NCBI GenBank assembly: GCA_030141605.1
Contig: JAQGDQ010000005.1
Location: 1,426,180-1,490,179, forward strand
Length of the DNA: 64,000 nucleotides
Source of the DNA: Tubiluchus corallicola
Lineage: Eukaryota > Animalia > Priapulida
Reading direction: 5' to 3'
In this document: positions 36,401-51,400 of the stretch, in pieces
How the letters are laid out: each line of letters opens with the position of its first letter
How positions within the stretch are numbered: the first letter of the stretch is position 1
Notes under the pieces: model-generated
Database searches by the model: none
What the model was told of the DNA's origin: nothing
The model's input: the letters and a program-made list of their open reading frames with translations, nothing else
Program-made: the position numbers and the translations under genes

Positions 36401-39400
36401 ATAAAAAACATGTACTAACATACAATTTTTCTTCAAAGTCAGTTTAAACAATCAAAATAATGTGTAGCTACATTATATATATTCATTAGCTTTTACATAT
36501 GCCTGTTATGTTAATATACAACAGTATTAATTTATCAGCTAGAATAGTATACGGCCGCCAACTTACAGCAAACAGGCTGCTTTTCTCTAAGTATTTTGTT
36601 TTGCTGTAGTATGAAACAACTTTTCAGACTTCAGAGCAATTTTATGGACTTTGTGAAACGACAAGTCACATACATAATGAATATTAATCATTCGCTTTTC
36701 AATAAAATTGTTAATAAACTCCGCAAATTAGGATGCTGTCTGGTAAGGGTAGCAAAAACTATTTAAATAAGTTGTATAAATTGTAGTTCTCCATGAAATG
36801 CCGTGAAAATGATGCAAAATTGTAGTAAAGCTTTTGGGTCAACTGTGCACAAAAACTTGGTCATCAAGTGTTACACAAGCAAAAAGATATGGCACTTGAA
36901 AATTTACTACCTTGGTAAGAGCAGTCTTACCTAAATTAAAATACATCGCTTTAAGTAGTTGGATGCTAAATTAAAATAGTACATGTACATACAAAGACTC
37001 TCCCATTTCTTTAGTAATTTTCATGTACTTGACTTTACTGCGAATCTTCTGAGCATTTGACTTGTACATAAAACTTTCCAGAAGAGAAAAATCATCCTCT
37101 GTAAACTCCTCATTGCTCTTAAATGGTCCCAATATCTACAGAATACAAAAGAAAAGTTAACAGAAAAACACATAAAAAGCTACAAAGAATAAAGAAACTT
37201 CTTGGTTACACTGAAATTTTCTCAGCCATGAAGCTTCGTTAAGCAGGAATTTTACTTGCAAGCAACAAAAAGCATTTTGAGAACTATGAATTTACTTACT
37301 CTTCCATTGCAGATGATACCTCGCTGACCTGGGGCAAAAGACAAAACTTTTGAGCTAAATAGCTGATGAATTTTAAGATTGCTATGTGAAGGTTGGCTGA
37401 GAAAGTCTTCGAGTGCCTTTGTATCCATTCCCTAAAAAAGATATATTTCTCTTTTATCATCAAAGCCTCAAGGTAAAAAAGAAATATTGGGTTTAGATAA
37501 GACAGAAAGCAATTGGTGGGGAAAGCAATAGGAGGATAAACAAATTTATTTTCGCCCAAAATCGATCAAACTGCAGTTTTTATATCACAACTAGCTGAAG
37601 TTTACTGACTTTTTACAGGAAAAATTAAGCAAATTGACAAAAATTTGGCTATATAATTGAAACAGCTGCAAATTACAAGGCATTAAGATGAAAAAGTTAC
37701 CTGATTAGCCAAATTTAGTAAGCATAATCAATGGAAATGTAGGCTAATTTTTGCGGGATTGAACTTGAATTAGCAAAGCTGCATGGAGCTCCCGTGAAAG
37801 GATTGTTTTTACATTAGTTGCATTTTTGCAATTAAAACATTGCTAACTGTTCTGATATCATTCAGTTTGTGATGAGCTCATTTACTTACTTTTTGTGATA
37901 TTCTTACAAAAGTTCAACTGTGACTCCGCACAAAGTTTCTCTTGAAATTGCATTATTAATCGACAAAATTGATGTGCTTTTCTATTTCTCAACTGTTCAT
38001 CACCGTAATAATAGCTTACTCTTTCAAACTTTCTTGAGGTGCCTTGAAGACAAACACTTGAACACCAGCAACAAAGGCATATGCCAACAGAGGGCCTTAA
38101 TTTTGTTCCTACTACCTTAATTACACAGCAGTAATATCTCATATTATCTTTGCCAATTTGATTTTTTTAATATGATCAAACGGCATCAAGTATTGATTAC
38201 AATTAACAAATATTTTACGATTAAATTAAAATACCTTTCAGAAAATTTTGACTATTAATTAACATTGACTCACCCCAACTTCAAAATCAGCTGGTTTCCT
38301 TTTTCCCTTGATAATCAAGACAGCATTCTCTTCTTTTAAAATTTTGTTTATAAACAGTTTAGCATGCTGACCATTTAGTACTTCAATGGCGCCTTGTACG
38401 GCCAATGTTATAATGCTTGGAGGTTTTCGTGGCTTATCAGGATTATGAACCACTCCAACCCTGACATCGTTACTGTGTTTCTGAATAATAATAAGTTCAA
38501 ACAGTTATGACTGCCTTCAGAACTTTAGAAACATAACAAGCTAATAATGATTACGTGATTAAGAATAAATAGGGTAAAAAAATACCTCTTATTATCTATG
38601 AATTATTCATCAATTAATATCATCACATGTAAAGCAGTACATGTCTCTTAAAACTGAAGGTAGAATTTGTCTTAAAATGAAGTTCAAATAAGATTAAAAG
38701 CATAAAAACTCATTTACTGACTAGGCTCCGAATAGCTGCAATAAGCTGTTCTCGACCTGCTTGAGTGTCCAAGTCTCCTACTACCCACTGTGTTATTGGT
38801 CTTAAGTATGGATCATCTTCTAAAAAACACTGCATGTCTTAGAAGTAGTCAACATAACACAAATTAATCCTTAATGACAAGAACAGCAACAATGAATTAA
38901 AAAATCCCACAACTAAAAAACAAGGAAAAAAGGAGACAAAATGAAATGTTTAAGATAATAAATTTGTTTATTATCGATTTTAATAAAAAGAAACACAACT
39001 TTCAAACTTAATACCACGGGCGCATGAAATGCCAGTATTGACTGATTTCACTACCACAGTCTTTGTGTTATAAAGTGCACCTATTACTATATAATACACG
39101 TGTGTTCGCACCACATGTGTGTATGAGGGGGGGGGGTTAGAAATTCCACCTAACTGGTTTGGCAACTTTTCCTGTATATAAGCCATGTGTCCGTAAGACA
39201 TTTCAATAGTTTTTGTCATGTCCACTCTATACTGTGACTGTAGCCAGTGATTTTACACTTGTGTTTCTACCTTGTATGTTTTATTCGCCAAGCCTCTATG
39301 TTTTTTCTATCGTTTTTATCCTCGTATCCTTCTTAATGTGACACCTTTATGTGTTTATAATATAAATTAAAAAATAGAAAACTATAGTATTACAAATTAC

Positions 39401-42400
39401 ATGTGAGTTTTGTCCTTTTTTATAGAAGATAAATTGCAGTGGCAGTTTTATACATTGTATTTCCTTTTTCAGTCGTAATTTCTTAATTGTGGGATTTTTA
39501 ATTCATATTCAGTATAGTTTACTTCTAATAATTAAAACTAGAAGCTAAAAAAGTTATAGAAAACATCTATTAGTGGTAGTTCATGCTGCACTATAAAATT
39601 TTTGCTGCTTCTATAAACAGACACCATCAAAACTGAGCAATACCAATTAATTTAAATACATCTTTAAGTAATCAAGTTACCCACAGTGATTAAATGTAAT
39701 GTTACTACAATACAAGTAATGTGTCACTGGTAATACAAAACATTAAACCAATGACATGGCATTTTACTGAGTAATACACACACATTACTTCAGCAAATTT
39801 CACAGTATATGGTTGGGGAAATCATCCTTTTATCAAAATAAGTAAAAACAGATGCTGTCACACAAAATATGGTAAAAATAAAGTTACCTGTATATCTAAG
39901 TTACAATTGACAGCTGGGAAAAAGGGGAAAATCTCAGTAGTGTCGTAAATGTGGCACTCATTGATGGAAAAAGTAAAGGCAAGTAGAACATGCAGCCTTG
40001 TAAAAGTAATGAGCTTCTTGCCATATTAACAGAGGCAGAAAATACTACTGTAATCACAAAATGTAAAGCAAAAACTCATAGCAATCCAAATCATGCATGT
40101 TCTGCTGTCCCATAATGATTACTAGTAGGTTACTAAGCGGTTGAGTTGCTTTGTGTTGTAGGTTTCTCATGTGCTTTCTCCTCAGTTATAAAAATACAAT
40201 TGTGTCAATTTTGTGTTTTCATTTCCATGGTTTTCATTACCGTGGTATCTTCTTTCTTTATGTGAATGTTGCTTGTATTATAGTAAATGTTTGCTGCAAT
40301 TATCTCATGTAGAAGGTAAATTCTTCGTGTTTTCCATAGAATATCTCTGCTGAAATGTTATTTCTACCACTTTTGGATACTTGTAACTTAATTTTCTTTC
40401 TACTGATTTTGTAGTATTTGTTTTATGCCTCTCTAATCTTAGTGTCATAAATGTGTACTGATTATTTTGTTGACTTATTTGTTTAAGAGTGAAAATGATA
40501 TTTATACCAAGACAATACTCAATAAACAACATGTTTTTAAAAGTATTTGTTCATTTACCTCCTTTTTTTATCAAATATTTCATAGACTTCAACAGCGCTG
40601 AAGTTAACTGATGGCGAGAGAAGTTTTCATACTCAATGTCACCTGAGTCTTCTGAAAAGATTTAACATACATATTGCACCATTTTGATATATTACCAAGA
40701 TTTTGAAATATTACCAATATTACCAAGTACAAACAGGTGCTAGTTACCAGTTAAGCCTAAAGCAGCTTTATCCAGATAGCCTTATATTGTTTTTCGTGTG
40801 TCGGTTTATCAGGCCCGTATTACGCATTACTGCATTTTACATTGTTTGTATTACAAGAGGCCAGATACACAATAATGCATAATGTATTCCGGATATTTGG
40901 TCAATGCCGCTTAATGACCGGTGTTATCACACAGTATTTACACAATATATCCAAGTTTACATATACAAGTTTTAAACTACTGTTGTACTCCACTATAAAT
41001 TTTCACAACAAACTTTATATCCAAGTAACTGTTTAGGAAGCAAAGGATCATATGACTTATTTAGTATCGCCTAACTTGCAAAAATCAAGATGCAAAGATC
41101 TGACGTCATACCAGGTGCATGAAATTGTAGATATGATGAACCATCGGTTTGTAAAATTCTGTTGTTTAGCCGTGGTACTACATTTTCTCGTGCCATCAAC
41201 CATTCTAATACATCATCATTGTCTGACAGTTCCCCCTGCAACATTCACAAACTGTAAATTGTGCAAAAAGCAAGAATAATTATGCCGTTGTTGCCGTTTT
41301 ATGTCGCTTAAATTTGACGGATAATACACAGATCATATACGAATAGTGATATTTTTTCACTATTGGCCCGTCAAACAAATGCTCAAAGAAGAGTTGCTTA
41401 TCTATTTACACCACAATGCAAATTCCTAGCCAATACACTGTTACACACAAAGGCAAAGCACCCTTGATGAATTAATTTTTTTTAACATGAGTTCCTTGCT
41501 CCTAAACAAACTTAAACTATTATTGTCATTCATCCAGAATTCTTTGATAATTAGCTGACTGCATCTGTACCAAATGAAAGCACCTACATAATTTTAGGAA
41601 CTCCATTAAAAAACTCGGTACACTATGTCTAACAAAAAGCAAAAAAGCAAGCAAAACAATATTACTGCAACAACAAGCATTATACTTGTCCAAAACAAAT
41701 TTAAAAGGGCCTGCTATTCTAGTATTTGTTTGTCTTTTTATCAGGAATTTCTAATATTATACTTAAATATAATAACTCCAAACAACTGTGCAATTTTAAA
41801 AACCAAATAATCAGCTGCCCAGGCAAGGAAAAGTAAAGAAAATAAGCAAAATAACATACCATATAAACTGCTCTCTGTATTTCAGGAGTGGACATGATCA
41901 TCTGACCAATAACAACCTCTTCAAACTCATCTCTACTAATCTGTAAATGAATGCAAAGCATTGGCATATAGTAAATGGAATGTCAATTATTAGGGAAAAG
42001 AAACTTCTTAAAAAATATAACAGATAAAAATGCCTTAAGTTTTACCTTTGTTTCTTCAATTGCAACTCCATTTAAAAGTACCTGAGGATCATCACCTAAA
42101 CCAGTTTTCTTTAGGAATGCATAGCCCAGCTGAAACAATGCAGCAATAGAAGTATAAATGAAAAGTAAAGTATAACAACTTGGTGAAAATGGCATCCAGT
42201 TTTCTATATGCAATTAAATCTGCAATACCAATCTGCATTTGAAGTACCTTTACTACCCATTGAACATTACTTTTGATTAGGATGTCAGAATAATAAAAGA
42301 TAATGTACCTTTCTGTTGGATAAAAACTGGGATTTTTCTGCAAAAATGTGTTCGACATCGGTCATTTGGTACTGGTAAACGAACAATTTCACAATATCTA

Positions 42401-45400
42401 CAGCTTCTAATTCTCTTTCCATTTCAACACGTGACCATACCTGACACCATTAAAAAAAACTAGTCCAGAAAAAACATATAACACTCATAAAAGCACTAGT
42501 ATTTCATCCAAATAATTAACTTCACAAGCAAAAAATGCATTTCAGTCAGTTTTAATACTTTAAACAGAATTCAGAATGTGTAATGCACTCACACTGAAGT
42601 CATAAATAAATGTGACCACAAAATGCCAAAAACAGTGCATGCCTTATGGCTGCCTCAAAGGACAGTGTCCAATATCTTAAAGCAGTAACCTGACTTAAAT
42701 TAGCAATATATTATATAATTGAACATTATATTATATAGTCAGTAACTCAACTTACCTCGTTAAGAAAATTTAATGCTTTGATTAAACCTTTCTCTTGACG
42801 AATATAATTAAAAGCTTCTAGCATGGCAACACTAGCATCCGTCCTTCCCGTTGCTTCTTCACTTTGATTAACGACTAAAGCCAAGCCAATTTTCAGTGGT
42901 GCTTTATTTGTATAAAAACCTTCAGCAGCAGATAACAAATCACGGCTTTCCTTCTTACTTGGATCCAAAATAAAAACCTTGAAGTGAAAGTTTTGCTATC
43001 ATTACTAAGATAATGGTGAATCATTGAAGAAATAATGAAGAAACGTATAAAATGATGATAATGAGTCAAGAACAAACATGTCGCAGAAAACGGCATATGA
43101 CTTTTGTGGCAAACTTGTACTCATTGACAAAACACATGATAATAATTTTTATGAATGCGCTAAGTTCCGCTTACAGTTCTAACTATTTAATATCATAAAC
43201 ATTATATTTAAATGTAAAAAAAAACAATCATTAATCCATCAGCAGCAGATTCAAAGAAGACCCAAATGTTGAATTCATCATTTCATTTTTGTTAGGCAAG
43301 CTATTTTAGGCATATATTTTTAATTCATGTTAGCTCATAAACACAGAGTGCTAAGGTCGCAGACTTGCAGGTTAGACTCCTGGAATAGAGGTTCAGACAA
43401 TGGTACGGGAAATAATGACCTTGGTTAAAGGGTCAAATACATAGAACATCGGTCAGTTCTAAATCATTACATTGAATAATTCATAAACTATGGTATGTAC
43501 AATCACAAAATTTGCCAGGCAGCTCTGGGATAGACTCAGACAAAAATAGTTAAAAAGCTGGGATTGTCTAACTCCTTCATGACTATGAATATTTAGATGG
43601 TTTTGACATCTTTGAATAAAACGGCCATAACGATCTAACTGTATGAGACACTAGTGCAAACCTATATATTTTCTGAAAGACAATTAAATTTTGTTCTAGG
43701 ACTCTAAATTTAATGTTTACACTTTTTGGTCAAATGAATTAATTTACTAAAAGTTCGCAAAGGTTCCTAAAGTTTTAATTTCAAAGTCTTCTAGCTTCCA
43801 CATAAGCTTTGGCTTATACATAAAAAGTTCAACATAAAAACTCTAAAGCATTCATTTCTGTATGAAATCTTGCAAAAAGTGTTCAAGTAACTCTAAATTT
43901 GTACATTTGTACTGTTCAAATGTGCTAAGATACAATAAAATTTGAATAGTATTGAATAAGATACTATTGAATAGGCAGCCGGGACTCTCATCATGATCCG
44001 TAGCTGCATTGTATGGTAACGTGCATCGTCATATATTGTTTTATGAATTTGTTTACTTGCAACAGATTTTTTTCACAGGCTGAAAGTTTGGCAGCATACA
44101 TACAGTATTATTATCAAGTAAAACGTACAGAAATTACAGCCAGTTACTATGCACATGTAAATGATTGCTGCCCAATTGATAAATCCAGCTGTGAAATTCT
44201 TCCAAATTTAAAAAACACACTCAAATATCTTGTTAATATTTTTTCACTCTTCGTAATGTACATTCAAAAACATAACATTCAAGTGTTTCAGAGTAAGGCT
44301 TACTTTTAGCCCTTGCTGCTGTTACATTCTGTGAACACACATCCAGATGACAATAAAGATTACCTAGGATGCTAACAATAGCCTCTGCTAATGAGCACAG
44401 GGAAGATCAATGTTCACTGCTGAGTTGCTGTACAAGTGCAAAGCAAAATTTTTGTCCATTAGTTTGCAAAAAACTTCTTCAAAGACTGAAAACGAAGAAT
44501 TTAACCATCACAGATGACGGGTAAATGTATGTATCCATTGGGATAATTATAAGGGCCTGAGATTAGAGTCCAAATGTGAAAATTTGGACAAACTGCTCAG
44601 ATGCACATGAGTAAACCGCATTGGGCCAGGCACAGTCAAGTAATAAATAAGGCCATGCATGCAGATTCGTTCATCATTTATGGCACGCATCGCACAGTCA
44701 TGCTCGATTTAGACTTAGACCAGAATTTGTTCAGTCTTGTCTTAAAATCTAAAAAACTTAAAACTGAATAGTAAACAGAACTTTCTAGTGAAATTTCAGG
44801 AACTGATGTAACATACCAAATTATAGAAATTTTTACGGACATTTCGCAGCATTCCAGGCATAACTGGCCGAAGAATTTCGTGAACACCCCTATTGAAATC
44901 CTTATATTTACTGTCCTTTTCAATGTCGTTAATCCAGTAAATGGCTTCATTACGAATGTCTACAGCATACTCATATTCCTCTTGCTTTAAATCCATGCGG
45001 AGTACATTAACCAGCTCATCGCCCTAAAAAGGACAACAAGAAAAGTAGTGATTTGATTAGCAAAAAAATTTTCAGAATATTTAAAAAGTTTAACAAACAG
45101 ACACTGCAGATTCTTAATCTGATAAACACAAAAATGCAACTGCAAAGTTAATGTTAACATTTCAAATACAGAAAGTTTAATTCCTACAACAAAACTTATT
45201 AAAGTTTATAAGCTCCACAGATGAACATGTGTAACTATCAGATGATACTTAAACAGAACTAGTTAACAATGTTTCTGACGTGGTCAGAAACTGAGGATTT
45301 TGCAGACAATAGTTACAGATTTGGGCCTTGTAAGAAGCCTTTTGCCTGAAAATTTTAATTTTATTGAATTCGCATTGTTGCTTGATTACATAGGAACTGG

Positions 45401-48400
45401 ACACATATATACATAGATAACTTTGCCCAGAGAGTGTACTCTGGGAGTTTTGTGTCCCAAGGCCTCAGCATGTAAAAGGTCACCAATTGGGGACCTCAAA
45501 TTTTGCATTTGGCCCCTAGCTCGGGTGTATAAAGCTTGTCAGCTTTTTAAAACCCCAGGAGCACATCTGTCCAACTGTACCCAAATACTTGTGAAAAAAA
45601 TTGGAAAAAACCGAAAGCCCTAGTGGAGGAGATGCATCTTAAAGGAAAAAATTACCGATGCCCACTGTCCTTCCTGCATGATCAGTGGTCACTCGTTGCC
45701 AGGCCTAGCTTGCATGGCTTACGAGTTATTAAGCATTAAGTTGCGGAGAATAAATAAGAATAAGAACTGGATGAAAAACATCCTCTAGCAAAATGCCATA
45801 GCAAAATCTTAATTATAATCTATAATGAGATAACCTTACCCGAAGCCCCAGTTCCCACAAACCCTCTAGAATGCAAAGTTCATCACGCAGTACATCTTGA
45901 ATATGAAATATGTCTGTTACTTCCAAATCCAACTGTAGACCATTCAAGAATAATGCTGATTCACCAGCTTCTAGACTATGATAATTCATAAAGTTCTGAA
46001 AAAGAAAGGAATCTATATGAGTTTGCTACAAAAATGACACAAATTATATAAAGCATTAACTGTACTGATGCAATGTTGATAAAAATTGCAGTTTTATAGC
46101 AATAATGTAGTATTATTTAATAAGAATAACAAAATGTATATACATACAGAATAAAATATAAAAGATAAATGCACTAAGAGATGATATATTGAGAAACAAA
46201 GCTTAATATTTTGGGTGTCTTCATGGTCTTCAATTTCAAGAGTATATATAGGCATACATGCACAATCTAACTTGGTATGGACACCCCTTCTCCAGTTGAG
46301 TGTCTCACTTCAGGAGACTACCTTTAACAATAATGTAGGTCCCAATACTGCCACACCAAACAACATGAAGTAAATTGTTCAATTGAGTGCTGCATTTTGG
46401 CCTGCCAAAATGCCAAACAGCATAAAAAAAGCAATTATTTTTTAGAGAGAAAGTGACATTTAATAAGCAACAGCAGGACACACGAACGGAAAACAACATG
46501 GTATTTTATTTAGCCCGACAATGAATTTTCCTTTAATCTGATATGTCACAACTACATACTGATACCAAAAATTGCAACATAAACCATTCTACACTATTGG
46601 TGTCATTAATGTCATTGCTAATGCTAGCTCTTGGAATCACCTGTATTCAAAGGCAATTAACATTACAGTATCTAGTTTTCTCAATTGCATTCCACAATTC
46701 AGTTTTTATTATCCTGCCGACATCTAAAACCTCTATATATACAACGTATAATGATGAAGCAGTATGTTATGGAACAATTATGCCTCATAATTTTTTAACC
46801 AGGAAACCAGCGCCTTATTAAATTATGGCATTAACAACAAGCATGATAAGCAAGTGCTTATTGGTATAGTACTTTTGTTTGGAACACAAAAAAAGCAAAA
46901 GCAATTATCTTTCTAACCATTTGATTCTCAAGAACTTCGTTTCGCATCTGAGAACTGACTTTAGCCTTAACAAGGGATCGTGCCAATGTTGGAAAATTTT
47001 GACTTATGGTTCGTAATGAGTGCAATGCTTCATCTGGTTCAACAGACAGAATCCGCTGAGCAGCTTGAAAACTCAAATCTTGCAACTGCCACACTTTCAG
47101 AGGTGCCATCTCCACATCACTTTCAAGAAGATGTGCTTTAAATTTTTCTAAGTTTTGCTTGAGTTCTGGATACAGTTCTCTAAAATGCAAACCAGAAAAA
47201 ATCTAATACAATATAAACAGTTTCAAATAAATGCAACATCTTGAATCTATACCTGCACAATTAGAACGTTCATGATGTAAAACTCTCAAGCACTGCCATT
47301 CATGTTAAATTATTAAAACTTTTCTTTTCTTTTTGGGCTTGGTTTATATAAACAAAATTTCATCAAAAGTGGTCACATAATACTATAAATACCTAGATGA
47401 ATTAGTAGATACCTAAGCTTAACAAAATTGAATCCTTGTACGTCATCATCTTCTTCATCATCTCCGGCATCCTTGGTTCCATCATCCGTCACTTTAGTAT
47501 CATCTTGTGCTTTATACTCTGTGCTCTTTATATCTAATTCTACACCATAACCTGATAACCTTGTCTTTCTGTTGGAGTCAATCTATTGTGGTTAACAATA
47601 AAATAGAAAGTTGGTGTTTGGTAATACAGTTATAATAAAAACAGGTTATTCCCAAAATAACCTAAATACTCAGATTCTTGGTACAGAATACCTACAATGT
47701 GTTGTTTTATAAGCAAGTTACTTAAAATGCACATTATATATAGTGTCATAACGCTAAGAACTAAATAATGCAATAATTTATTTCTTACACTATGAAAACA
47801 CTTTCTCCGTGAATATACAAGGGAATTGTGTTCCATAATATATTTACGGATTATTATAATACCTTAGTATAATGCCGAATAATGTAAGCTATATCTCCCG
47901 CAGTAGAGAAGTCTCGTAATGTTTCATGAAACTTCTGAAATGACGGAGTTCCTAATTCTCCATAAAGAATGGCAACGATCTCCCTCCCTTCACTTCCAGG
48001 ATAAAAACGGTCAATTTTGTACACATCTGGTGCAGGCCTAAACATATATACATTAATGTAAATAATCCAAGATCAAATTAGTACAAAACTATTAACAAAA
48101 TATGTTATTAAGCAGTAAGAAATAAGCTATTTAAATAAAAGTTCTTGATTTGCTCAATGTGCATTAGCTTGACGAATTAAATGAATCATTGCAGCATGAC
48201 TAAATGGTTTCAAGTATGTAGCATTTGTATCATAAATAACCCCACACGCACGACAAAATTATAAAATAAGATAAAAATCAATACGGCCTCTCATGGCCTA
48301 ACAATGTACAAACTTGCAATACAGTGTGCATTTATTTTGCTTGAAACTCATAAAAGATAAACAATACTTGTAGTTGTTTTTTTTAATGTTTTAATTAAAA

Positions 48401-51400
48401 CCTTATTAATTGTAACTCTATCCTATATGTAAACTAAGATAATCCAAGACAATGAATTAGTCTTTATATAATGCCAGTTGTGAAGTTGTATTTACATAAT
48501 AAAATAAAGTTATAAATAGGTAATGAACCATTCTGATTCATCTCATACAAGATAAAGCCTATTAAATCTGTAAGGAATGACTGGAAAGCAAAAAAATAAT
48601 GAAGCTGACATGATGGAATCAATTCCCACAAATCACTACAGAGCTTCTCAGTCTGGCATACAAGATTATAACCAAACAAACAGAGCTCAATTAATACTTT
48701 TTAATGCCAATAACATAACAATTAATCACAAGTAGTTGTAACTGTGCTTACTTCCCCCTGGCATTAGTAATTAGATCAGGTAATTCAGTAACATCGCAAT
48801 TTAGTAATCCATTTACATCAACAACTGCTTCACAGTTTGGTAACAATTGACGGTCACCTGCAATCTGTAAAATATGGCAGAAATACTGAAACAGTACACA
48901 AAAAAGTTAACTGTTAATTAATAAATTAAAAAGGTAACGTTAACAAATACTTACAACTTTTGTGAAGTATAAGGTATCAAAAAATGCTAGACCTGTTAGA
49001 CCCAAAAATGAATGCAAGTAGACATACTAAAGTACTGAATAGTTAAATGATTACACTATTCCTGATTTAATTAATTTTTCTAATTCTTGTCACATTTTAT
49101 CCACAGAAGTCAAGGATTAACAAAATTCCTTGAAAAATATGTTACGCCATCAGTAACTTCGGAAAAGCTCCTGTGTTCTTTCCTGCACCCGATGACAATT
49201 ATACCAATTGTTAAAATAATTTACAACAAATTAAAAAAACAATTCATTACCCTAAATGAAATTACTGAACCAATGTGAGTGATTATGATTGCAGACAAGC
49301 TTTGACTTTCCTTCCAGCCATTTTGTCAAACATGTGTACTCAACATTCAACAAAATCAGGAGCAAATTACAAACAGATAACCAAAGACCCATGGCCTTAC
49401 ACAGTTATAATCAACTAGCTACTATAAAGCCAAGGAATAGTGATAACAAGTTATGTAAGTAAGTTAGTAAACAAATGAATAAACAATTCTGCAATGCATA
49501 CCTCATTATACATTTCAACTGTTGCTGAAAACTCCCTTGTCGACAAAGATAATTTCAACAGTTTCAGTTTTAAAGGAGAAATAAACTGTCTGGCCACTTC
49601 TATTGCAATGTCATGCTGCTCTTTTTCAGTCACTATATATATATATAAATAAAGATTTTACAATAATTAAGAAAATAAAATAATATACTATGTTTGATTA
49701 AAACAACAAATAAACTTGACTGCTATGAGGGAAACTGCAACTACGGATCAATAAATAAGGTTCAGTTTAATTATATATGGGCAAAAGCATGGTAATGTAC
49801 AAACTTTTTTTAAGAAAAATGACAAAAAAAATTCTAAGTACCGTATATTCTCGCATATAAGCCTACATCGCATATAAGCCGACCCCCTAAAACTGCTTTA
49901 AAATGGCCAGTTTTTGCAAAAACCCGCATATAAGCCGAACATCAACTTGTCTAATTTTACTCCATACCCAATCAACAAAATTGATCCCTTTTTGTCACAT
50001 ATATTTATACATTTTTAATTTTTTTTATCTAATGAATACAAAAAGCAGACATTTATTGAAATGTGAATTTTTTCTAAAAAAAGTGGGTGGACGGCGATCC
50101 CCCACGATCCCCCTCCAATACACCACTGGTGACACACAACCAAATAAAGAGTCAGATAGCGATGAAAATGTGTGGCTGGAAAATTGGCATTAGTGTCTGT
50201 CCTTGTGTTCATTTTGTTTCATGCGCATATAAGCCGACCCCCTGATTTCAGTATTGTATGTTATAGTTCTAAATTCGGCTTATATGCGAGTATATACGGT
50301 ATATGATTGTATTATACATAAAAATTGCTCTCATATGTCTACTAAATATAATCTGACTAGTGTGAGAGAAGTTACCGACATAAATATATATCGAAGCTCA
50401 TATCCAAAAGCTGACAAATCTGCTGTAAAACTACATGTGGTTTCTATCACAAACGTCTTTGTGTATACACCTCATATGCTAACCACTTGATGCCACTTTT
50501 TTACTGGAACTTTACCTATCAACACTTTTTATGAAAGTAAGAATATAGGTGGTATAGGTAAACGAGTCAAGAAAAAATCCGTTAAAATTGATGATAACAC
50601 ACAATTTTAGTAGGTCTTTGCCCACTTTTCAGAATTTTGCAGCCCTCACACTTGAAAAATACTGTGCATATAAAACAAAATTGCAAATGTTAACAAAACT
50701 TTATTAATTTTCATGGAAGAATGTGAAAACAAGTTGAGACAGTAACAATGAAGTCAACACAGTTCTGAATGGCCAAAAATTTCATTTTGCCATTTTACAT
50801 TGATGTAACAGACAGAAACTTATATTTTCCTTTAATAGATATGGTGGTGACAGAACTGGAGGTATGCTCGTTTTGGAATACTATCAGCTCTCTATCATTA
50901 ACAACCAATACTTTGGTAGAGAATTTTATATATTGCCTCCTTTATTCACTCCTTTATGGACAAAAACAGGTGCTAACGTAACAAACCAAAAAAATGAATG
51001 TCCAAGCATAGTGGTTAACAATATCCAGTTACAGCTATATTAGATTTTATTTTTTACTTCTCACAAAAAATGTACTATTCCTCCCCAAAATAAACTATTA
51101 TCAGATAGAAATATATGTTGCTGAGCATTTTCAGGTATCTAATGGTGAAATAACAAAAATTTGCAAAATCTGGTTACAATTTCTTGCTTCACCAATTGCT
51201 AGTCAGCACATGGTCAACAACACAGGAAGTACTGACATGCTGGGATTACTGTCCTAGTAACTGTGCTGAAATCCATTTGTTACTTTCTGAGTTGTAATTA
51301 CCACTTTTATGATAGAAAAAAGGGCTATGTAAAAAGTTAACAGGTTACAGGTGCTTAGGGCCTTCATGCTATTTTTAAAGGAGCATTGAAAATGTAAGTA

